Of a stretch of DNA of 64,000 nucleotides, positions 57,423-64,000 are shown piece by piece (the stretch's first letter is position 1; every line of letters starts with the position of its first letter). The position numbers and the translations under genes were made by a program. The notes beneath the pieces are model-generated. The model was not told the DNA's origin, searched no databases, and saw only the letters and a list, made by a program, of their open reading frames with translations. The stretch comes from Alphaproteobacteria bacterium (GTDB lineage: Bacteria > Pseudomonadota > Alphaproteobacteria > MPNO01), in assembly GCA_965248835.1 (NCBI GenBank), contig CBDFLJ010000001.1:1696001-1760000 (forward strand), read 5' to 3'.

Positions 57423-58832
57423 ATGAACAAGGACCTCAGAACGTTCCTCGCCGAGGCCCGCCAGATGGGGCCGGATTATTTCGCCTCCGTCAGCCGCGAG
57501 GTCGACCCGATCTACGAGCCTTGCGTGATCCAGCAGAAGCTCGCCGCGCGCGACGAATGGCCGGTCATCCGGTTCGACAACGTCGCAGGCTCCGACATGG
57601 CGCTGGTCACCAACCTGTTCGGCAAATACGAGCTCCTGGGCCTCGCGCTCGGGGTCGATCCCGACCGGCCGAAATCGGCGATCCTCGACCGGTTTCGCGA
57701 GCGCATCGCAAAGCCGTTGCCGACCAAGCAGGTCGCGCGCGCGGACGCGCCGGTCAAGCAGGTCGTGCTCGGCAGGGACGAGGTCGACCTCGGCGCCTTC
57801 CCGGTGCTCAAGCACGCCGAGGGCAACTCGGGCAAATACATCGCCATCGGCTGCCTGGTGGTGAAGGACCCCGAGACCGGCGTGCTCAATGCCGGGGTCT
57901 ACCGCCACGAGATCCAGGGCAAGGCCGAGCTCGCCTGCATGTTCAACCCGGCCCATCATGCCGGCTACATCTATCGGAAGTACCGCGAGGCGGGCAAGCC
58001 GATGCAGGCCGTGCTGTTCATCGGCCATCATCCGGCCGGCGTCCTGGGCGTCCTGTCCAAGCAGTCCTTCCATAGCGACGAGTACGAGATGATGGGCGCG
58101 CTGATGGGCGAGCCGCTCGAAGTCGTCGACGGCGAGACCGTCGACATCCCGGTGCCGGCCTGGGCGGAGATCGCCATCGAGGGCTATCTCGATCCCGCCA
58201 AGGAGACCAGCGACGGCCCGTTCTCGGAATACACCGGCTTCTACGGCCCGGCCAAGGACCCGGTCGGGCTGATGCAGGTCACCGCCATCACGATGCGCAA
58301 GGACGCGATCTTCCACGACCTCGACCCCTCGCACCGCGAGCACAACCTAGCCGGCGCGCTGGCTTTCGAAACCGCGCTTTATACGGCGGTTTCCAAGCTC
58401 GTCCCCTCGGTCACCGGCGTTCACATGCCGCCGTCGGGCAATTGCACCTTCACGGCCTATGTGAAGATCAAGAAGCGGGTCCCCGGCGAGGGCAAGTCCG
58501 CCGGGCTCGCCGCGCTTGCCGGCGATGCCAACGTCAAGATCGCGGTCGTGGTCGATGACGAGATCGACATCTACAACGACTCCGACGTCCTGTGGGCGAT
58601 CTCGACCCACGTCCAGGCCGACCGCGACGTCACCATCATCCCCTACGCCATGGGCGCGCATCTCGACCCGTCGGCCTACGGCGAGGTGCGCACCGACAAG
58701 GGCCCGATGCAGACCAAGATGATCATCGATGCGACCAGGCCGGCGACGCTCGACTTTGCCGAACGCATCGTCCCGCCCAAGGAGGCATGGGCGCGCATCC
58801 GGTTGGAGGACTATGTCGACGGGCTGAGCTGA
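57423..58832 (+). CDS. UbiD family decarboxylase
   Basis: DLRTFL, NAGVYR, VPAWAEIAIEG, DGPFSEYTGFY, VDDEIDI, VLWA, LDPS, KMIIDAT. Confidence 0.92.
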   Translation: MNKDLRTFLAEARQMGPDYFASVSREVDPIYEPCVIQQKLAARDEWPVIRFDNVAGSDMALVTNLFGKYELLGLALGVDPDRPKSAILDRFRERIAKPLPTKQVARADAPVKQVVLGRDEVDLGAFPVLKHAEGNSGKYIAIGCLVVKDPETGVLNAGVYRHEIQGKAELACMFNPAHHAGYIYRKYREAGKPMQAVLFIGHHPAGVLGVLSKQSFHSDEYEMMGALMGEPLEVVDGETVDIPVPAWAEIAIEGYLDPAKETSDGPFSEYTGFYGPAKDPVGLMQVTAITMRKDAIFHDLDPSHREHNLAGALAFETALYTAVSKLVPSVTGVHMPPSGNCTFTAYVKIKKRVPGEGKSAGLAALAGDANVKIAVVVDDEIDIYNDSDVLWAISTHVQADRDVTIIPYAMGAHLDPSAYGEVRTDKGPMQTKMIIDATRPATLDFAERIVPPKEAWARIRLEDYVDGLS

Positions 58833-58854
58833 GCCGGTGCGGCCCCGCGCCGGA

Positions 58855-59913
58855 TCAGTCGCAGGCCAGCGCGTAGACCCCTTCGACACCGGGCGGGAGC
58901 GGCCGCTGGAACCAGGTCTCGCCGCCGTCCTCGGTGCCGAACACCTGACCGCGCCGGGCGCCGCAATAGATGCGTTCCGGGTTGCTGCGGCTTTCGGCGA
59001 GGACCATCAAGGTGCTGTTGATCGGCTGATGGTCGTCGAAGCGCTGCCAGGTTCGGCCGAAATCGCGGCTGCGGTAGAGGCTGCCTTGGGTGCTGTCCGC
59101 AGACACGCTGAGTGCCGCGTAGAGGCACTCCGGGTCGTGCTGCGAGGCCTTGACGTCGCGCGCGTAGGTCAGCGGCGAGAACCGGCCGATCCCGATCTCG
59201 GTCCAGGTTGCGCCCTTGTCCGGGCTGCGGAACAGGCCCATCCGGTTGGCGAGCAGCACCGTGCTCGGATGGGCGCCGCTGATGGCGATCGCATGGGTGT
59301 CCATCATGCCCTCGTTGGGATCCGCGGTGACCAGCGGGCTCTGCAGCCCGGCGTGCCGGGCGAGCGCCAGGAGGTCGGTGCTGATATCCGACCAGGTCTC
59401 GCCGCCGTCGAGGCTGCGGACCACGCCGGAGACCTCGAGCCCGGCATAGATCTCATCGGGGGCACCGGGGTCGATGACGATGCGCACCACCCGGACCGGG
59501 AACGGCATCGCGATCCCGCCGCCGGGCACCGGCACGGCGAGCTCCTGCCAGGACGCGCCGCCATCGCGGGTGCGGAAGATCGAAAACCCCTCGACACCGA
59601 CGAAGATCGTTTGCGGATCGTTCGGGTGAAGGCAGATCGACCACACGACCCGGTTCGGCCCCGGCAAGCCCAGCGAGCGCCAGGTCCGCCCGGCATCCTC
59701 GCTCCGGTAGGGGCCGGCCTGCGTCCCGGCATAGACGATGTCCGGGTCGTCGGCGCGGATGGCGATACTGCGGACTTCGACATCCGCCGGCAGGCCGCCG
59801 TCCAGCGCTTGCCACGCGCCGTCGCCGGCCGACAGGCGGAAGAAGCCGTGCGTGCGTGCGCCTTCCGACGCCCCCGGCCAAGCCCCGATTCCTGCATAGA
59901 CGGTTCCCGTCAT
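58855..59913 (-). CDS. BNR/Asp-box beta-propeller protein
   Basis: Repeated Asp-boxes: RSEDAGRTW, RTRDGGASW, RSLDGGETW, RSPDKGATW, RSRDFGRTW, TEDGGETW. No signal peptide. Start at MTGTVY. Confidence 0.85.
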   Translation of the reverse strand: MTGTVYAGIGAWPGASEGARTHGFFRLSAGDGAWQALDGGLPADVEVRSIAIRADDPDIVYAGTQAGPYRSEDAGRTWRSLGLPGPNRVVWSICLHPNDPQTIFVGVEGFSIFRTRDGGASWQELAVPVPGGGIAMPFPVRVVRIVIDPGAPDEIYAGLEVSGVVRSLDGGETWSDISTDLLALARHAGLQSPLVTADPNEGMMDTHAIAISGAHPSTVLLANRMGLFRSPDKGATWTEIGIGRFSPLTYARDVKASQHDPECLYAALSVSADSTQGSLYRSRDFGRTWQRFDDHQPINSTLMVLAESRSNPERIYCGARRGQVFGTEDGGETWFQRPLPPGVEGVYALACD

Positions 59914-59994
59914 GGCGCGCTCCCGGTTGTCGGATCTCGGCGATTGTAGGACGGTGCGGGCAATCGCGACAGCGGTGCTTTTGCTCACCCGACG

Positions 59995-60023
59995 TTGACA
60001 CCTTATCCGCACCCTGAGAGCAT
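59995..60023 (+). promoter_or_regulatory. Putative sigma70 promoter
   Basis: TTGACA (59995-60000), 17-bp spacer, GAGCAT, upstream of the AAGGAG RBS and ATG at 60056. Confidence 0.4.
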
Positions 60024-60055
60024 CGCCGGAACTTCCGCATGCCAAGGAGCAGGCA

Positions 60056-60487
60056 ATGGCCAAGCTGCGTCACATCGCGCTGTCGGTCTCGGACCTCGAG
60101 GCCGCCAGGAAATTCTTCGAGGACGCCTTCGACATGGAGATGGTCGGAAAGGCCGCCACCGGCGTTTACATGTCCGACGGCACGATCAACATCGCGCTGC
60201 TCGCGCGTGAGGGCCGGCCGCTGGGCTACGAGGGCGAGGAGCCGTTCTACGGCATCGACCATTTCGGCATCTGGGTCGATGACATCGACGAGGCCTGCCG
60301 GAAGGTCGAGGCCGCCGGCGCGCACCATGTCATGGGCGAGCCGACCAACAATCCCAACACGTTCTACGAGGTCAAGTACCGCGACCCGCTGGGCCAGCTC
60401 TTCGATTTGACCGAGAACGGCTGGAAGGGCGCGGTCAAGGAAGTCGTCCCGGCGGCCGCCCGGGACAAGGCCGAGGCCGCCGAGTAG
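60056..60487 (+). CDS. VOC/glyoxalase family protein
   Basis: LRHIALSVSD, DHFGIWVDD, YEVKYRDP.G. Confidence 0.9.
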   Translation: MAKLRHIALSVSDLEAARKFFEDAFDMEMVGKAATGVYMSDGTINIALLAREGRPLGYEGEEPFYGIDHFGIWVDDIDEACRKVEAAGAHHVMGEPTNNPNTFYEVKYRDPLGQLFDLTENGWKGAVKEVVPAAARDKAEAAE

Positions 60488-60495
60488 GCCGGGCG

Positions 60496-61746
60496 ATGTC
60501 CGAGCCCGCCCGCCCGCGCTACGACCTCGTCATCGCCGGCGATGACGTGATCGATCCCGCGCGGGGCTATCGCGGTCCCGCCGAGATCGCGATTTCCGAA
60601 GGACGCATCGCCCGGATTGCGCCGCGCCTGCCGCCGCACGAGACCAAACGGCGGATCGATGCCGGCGGCAAGCTCGTCTGCCCCGGTCTGATCGACCTCC
60701 ATGTCCATGTTTACGAATGGGTGACCAATTTCGGCCTCCACCCCGACGAGGCGGGCGTCCATTCCGGCGCCACCACCATCGTCGATCAGGGCAGCGCGGG
60801 TGCCTGGACCGTCGGCGGCTTCAAGGCCTATATCGCCGATCCGGCGATCACCGACGTCAGGAGCTTCGTTTCGGCCAATCTCGCCGGCGCGCTGATGGGC
60901 GGGATGGAAGGCACGGTCCTGCACAACCCCGGCATCATGCGGATCGCGGAGATCGTCCGCGTGGCGTCGGAATTTCCGGATCTGGTCAAGGGCATAAAGA
61001 GCCACGGCGAATCCGGCGGGTTGTCCCATTGGGGGCTGGAGGTGCTCGAGATGGCGGTCGAGGCCGGACGCGCGGCGGGCTTGCCGCTCTACGTCCATAC
61101 CGGAGAGCTGTTCCCGGTCGATGAGGCCGCCCGCCCGGCGCCCGAAACCGTGCTGCAGCAGGTGGTGCCGGTGCTGGCGCCGGGCACCACGCTCGCCCAT
61201 GTCTATTCGACCATGCCCGACGGGATCACCGGCGGCGCCGATCCGATCCCCGCGATCGTCTTCGAGGCGCTGGAGCGCGGGATCCATTTCGACATCGGCC
61301 ACGGCGTCAATTTCAGCTTCGCGATCGCGCGCCGCATGATGGAAGCGGGCGTGCTTCCCAACACCATCTCCTCGGACGTCCATTCGGACTTCAACGCCTA
61401 TCACGACGATTCCAAGCTGCGCTACAGCCTGTGCGGCGCGATGACCAAGCTCGCCGCGCTGGGCATGAAGCTCGAAGACGTGATCGCGCGCACGACGCTG
61501 CATCCGGCCCGCATATTGGGCGAGGAAGACGAGATCGGCACGCTGGCCGCGGGATCGCGCGCGGACATTACCGTGCTCGACCGGGCACGGGGCCGTTGGA
61601 CGCTGAGCGATTCGACCGGCGAGGAGATCACGGTCGAGGAGCGTCTGGTGCCCGATCTGGTGATCCGCGAGGGAATGGCGATCACGCCGAACCGGCGGCT
61701 CCTGCGCGACATCTGCCATCCCGAGGCCGCGGCCGCGGCGGAATAG
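60496..61746 (+). CDS. Amidohydrolase/deacetylase family metallohydrolase (dihydroorotase-like)
   Basis: PGLIDLHVH, GIK, YVH, LAH, FDIGHG, TISSD. Confidence 0.9.
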   Translation: MSEPARPRYDLVIAGDDVIDPARGYRGPAEIAISEGRIARIAPRLPPHETKRRIDAGGKLVCPGLIDLHVHVYEWVTNFGLHPDEAGVHSGATTIVDQGSAGAWTVGGFKAYIADPAITDVRSFVSANLAGALMGGMEGTVLHNPGIMRIAEIVRVASEFPDLVKGIKSHGESGGLSHWGLEVLEMAVEAGRAAGLPLYVHTGELFPVDEAARPAPETVLQQVVPVLAPGTTLAHVYSTMPDGITGGADPIPAIVFEALERGIHFDIGHGVNFSFAIARRMMEAGVLPNTISSDVHSDFNAYHDDSKLRYSLCGAMTKLAALGMKLEDVIARTTLHPARILGEEDEIGTLAAGSRADITVLDRARGRWTLSDSTGEEITVEERLVPDLVIREGMAITPNRRLLRDICHPEAAAAAE

Positions 61747-61788
61747 GCGCCGCGGCGCGGATCCAGGACATATCGGAGGAGCCAGCGT

Positions 61789-62658
61789 TTGTTCGACCCC
61801 GACAAGATGATCGCAATCGACATCCATACCCATGCCGAAGAGCCGTGCGGGACCCATCTCGATGACGGCTACGAGGAATTCCAGGCCGGGATGTCGGCCT
61901 ATTTCAAGATGGACTTCACCCATCCGCCGACCATTCCCGAGACCGCCGCCTATTTCCGCGAGCGCAAGATCGGTGCCGTCATCTTTCCGGTCGATTCCGA
62001 GCGCGAGACGGGGTTCCGCCGCTACAGCAACGATGAGGTGGCCGCGCTCGCCGCCGAGCATGACGATGTGCTGATCCCGTTCGCCAGCATCGACCCCGCC
62101 AAGGGGAAGACCGGCGCGCGAGAGGCGCGCCGCCTGGTCGAGCATTGCGGCATCCGCGGCTTCAAGTTCCATCCGACGATGCAGGGCTTCTATCCCAACG
62201 ACCGCAGCGCCTACGTCCTCTACGAGGCGATCGCCGAAGCCGGCGTCCCGGCGCTGTTCCATACCGGGCAGACCGGGGTCGGTTCGGGCATGCGCGGCGG
62301 CAACGGCATGCGCCTGAAATACTCCAACCCGCTCTATCTCGACGACGTGGCGGTCGATTTCCCCGACATGCCGATCATCCTCGCCCACCCCTCCTTCCCG
62401 TGGCAGGAAGAGGCGCTGTCGGTGGCGACCCACAAGCCCAACGTCTATATCGACCTGTCCGGCTGGTCGCCGAAATATTTCCCGCCGATCCTGGTCCGGT
62501 ACGCCAATTCGCTGTTGAAGGAAAAGGTGCTGTTCGGATCGGACTGGCCGGTGATCACGCCCGACCGCTGGCTGAATGATTTCGACAAGCTCGACATCAA
62601 GCCCGAGGTCCGGCCGCTGATCCTGAAGGAAAACGCCCGCCGCTTGCTGGGGATTTGA
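61789..62658 (+). CDS. Amidohydrolase_2, 4-hydroxyphenyl-beta-ketoacyl-CoA hydrolase (CouO)-like
   Basis: IDIHTHAE, GFKFHP, FHTGQTGVG, LAHPSFPWQEEAL, DLSGWSPKYF, FGSDWP. TTG start with GGAGGAG RBS. Confidence 0.82.
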   Translation: MFDPDKMIAIDIHTHAEEPCGTHLDDGYEEFQAGMSAYFKMDFTHPPTIPETAAYFRERKIGAVIFPVDSERETGFRRYSNDEVAALAAEHDDVLIPFASIDPAKGKTGAREARRLVEHCGIRGFKFHPTMQGFYPNDRSAYVLYEAIAEAGVPALFHTGQTGVGSGMRGGNGMRLKYSNPLYLDDVAVDFPDMPIILAHPSFPWQEEALSVATHKPNVYIDLSGWSPKYFPPILVRYANSLLKEKVLFGSDWPVITPDRWLNDFDKLDIKPEVRPLILKENARRLLGI

Positions 62659-62684
62659 CGCCGGCGGTTGCGCCGGCGGCCGTC

Positions 62685-64000
62685 TCAGCGGATCTGGCTC
62701 GGCAGCCAGGTCGCGAGGTCGTCGAAGAAGATCAGCAGCGTCAGCACGATCAGCTTGATGACGATGAACGGCCCGGCGGCGCGCACGACCTGGCCCAGCG
62801 TGACGTTGAACGGCGCCACGCCCTTCATGACGTAGAGCAGCAGCCCGAACGGCGGGGTCAGCAAGCTGATCTCCATGACGATCAGCATCAGGACCATCAG
62901 GTAGATCACGTCGATCCCCTGGGCCTGGGCAAGCGGCACGAAGAACGGCAGCGTCAGCAGGACCATCGACACCTGGTCCATGAAGGCGCCCATGAACAAG
63001 AGCACCAGCATCATCAGGAACATCGCGGTCAGCGGGGTCATCTCGAAGGCGATGATCTCGCGCAGCAGCCCCTGGGTCGCTCCGGAGCTCTCCAACGCCT
63101 GGGTGAACACCAACGAGCCCGCGATGATGAACAGGATCAAGGTGTTGATCTTTGCGGTCTCCATCAGCGCCTTCCACATCTCGCGCCAGGTGAACTCCGC
63201 GCCCTCGATCCCGGTGATCCGGAAGACGGTGCTGAACAGGCGGAACATGTAGCAGAGCACGAACGCCGCGACGCAGCCCAGCGCCGCCGCCTCGGTCGGC
63301 GCCGCAAGCTTCATGAAGATGCTGCCCACGACGACCACGAAGATCATGAACAGCGGCGTGATGTAGACGGTGAACGGCAGCCATCGGTTCAGCGCCTGCT
63401 TGGCCGGGCCGTCATAGACGCGCCGGTAGCGGCACGCGCCGCGCCAATGGAGCTCGAAAGCGATCGGCTCCTCAAGGTGGCTGAGGTCGAGCTCGTAGCC
63501 CGGTGCGAGCGAAGGATTGATCATGCTGCGGCCGATCACGTAGGTGAAAAACAGCGCCGCCATGAACAGGCCCGGCACGATACCGGCGATCAGCAGCTTG
63601 GCGATCGACTGGTCGGCCAGGCTCGCCAGCAGCACCGCCAGCGCCGAGGGCGGGATAAGCACCGCGATCCCGCCGACCGCCATGATCGGCCCCATCGCAA
63701 AGGTGGGCGCGTAGCCGCGGCGGACCATCTCGGGCAGCAGCACCGAGCCCAGGATCGCGGTGTTGGCGATCGAGGATCCCGAAAGCGAGGAAAATATCGT
63801 CCCACCGGCGATTGAGACCACCGCGAGCCGGCCCGGCACGCGGGCGATCAGCCGGTCGATCGCGCCGATCGCCTTGAAGGCGACACCGGTGTGCAACAGG
63901 ATCTCGCCCATCAGCAGGAACAGCGCGATCGGCGTCAGGATGAATTTGGTCACCGCGAGCTGGAACTCCATGGGCATCTCCTCGAGCCCGAGGCTGCCGC
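62685..64000 (-). CDS. dctM: TRAP transporter large permease (DctM), 5'-partial
   Basis: LFLLMGE, SGSSIA, LIPPS, APTEAAA, LTPPFG. The frame stays open to the window edge. Confidence 0.88.
   Translation of the reverse strand, partial: GSLGLEEMPMEFQLAVTKFILTPIALFLLMGEILLHTGVAFKAIGAIDRLIARVPGRLAVVSIAGGTIFSSLSGSSIANTAILGSVLLPEMVRRGYAPTFAMGPIMAVGGIAVLIPPSALAVLLASLADQSIAKLLIAGIVPGLFMAALFFTYVIGRSMINPSLAPGYELDLSHLEEPIAFELHWRGACRYRRVYDGPAKQALNRWLPFTVYITPLFMIFVVVVGSIFMKLAAPTEAAALGCVAAFVLCYMFRLFSTVFRITGIEGAEFTWREMWKALMETAKINTLILFIIAGSLVFTQALESSGATQGLLREIIAFEMTPLTAMFLMMLVLLFMGAFMDQVSMVLLTLPFFVPLAQAQGIDVIYLMVLMLIVMEISLLTPPFGLLLYVMKGVAPFNVTLGQVVRAAGPFIVIKLIVLTLLIFFDDLATWLPSQIR

Noticed and set aside
1-64000. 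CRISPR array, rRNA, tRNA, integrase or prophage genes, cobalamin riboswitch near pduO/metE-like genes
   Set aside because: No regularly spaced repeats or recognisable RNA motifs were seen by eye; an Infernal/tRNAscan run would be needed to exclude them fully.

Overview
This is a GC-rich bacterial chromosomal segment, most likely alphaproteobacterial (class I lysS divergent from a DinG-family helicase, TRAP transporters). It is densely packed with catabolic genes: two hydantoinase/oxoprolinase A+B pairs, a carboxylase-like large subunit with a Cys-less thiolase and DUF35, three Rieske oxygenases, two UbiD decarboxylases, several amidohydrolases, FAH/VOC/SDR enzymes and three unusual diiron proteins (PhnZ-like HD, heme-oxygenase-like, stand-alone PaaA-like). 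One small accessory island (about 18.55-21.81 kb) stands out. It holds a frameshifted type ISP-like restriction-modification remnant and an intact AT-rich gene with a HEPN RxxxxH motif and a helical TPR-like C-terminus. That gene sits exactly between the right end of one IS1380 remnant and the left end of another, and is the best candidate for an undescribed anti-phage effector. Several small gene relics (Dyp peroxidase, MetE-like, VapB-like antitoxin) point to ongoing deletion. I saw no rRNA, tRNA or CRISPR array. All product calls come from motif recognition by eye; no database search was run.
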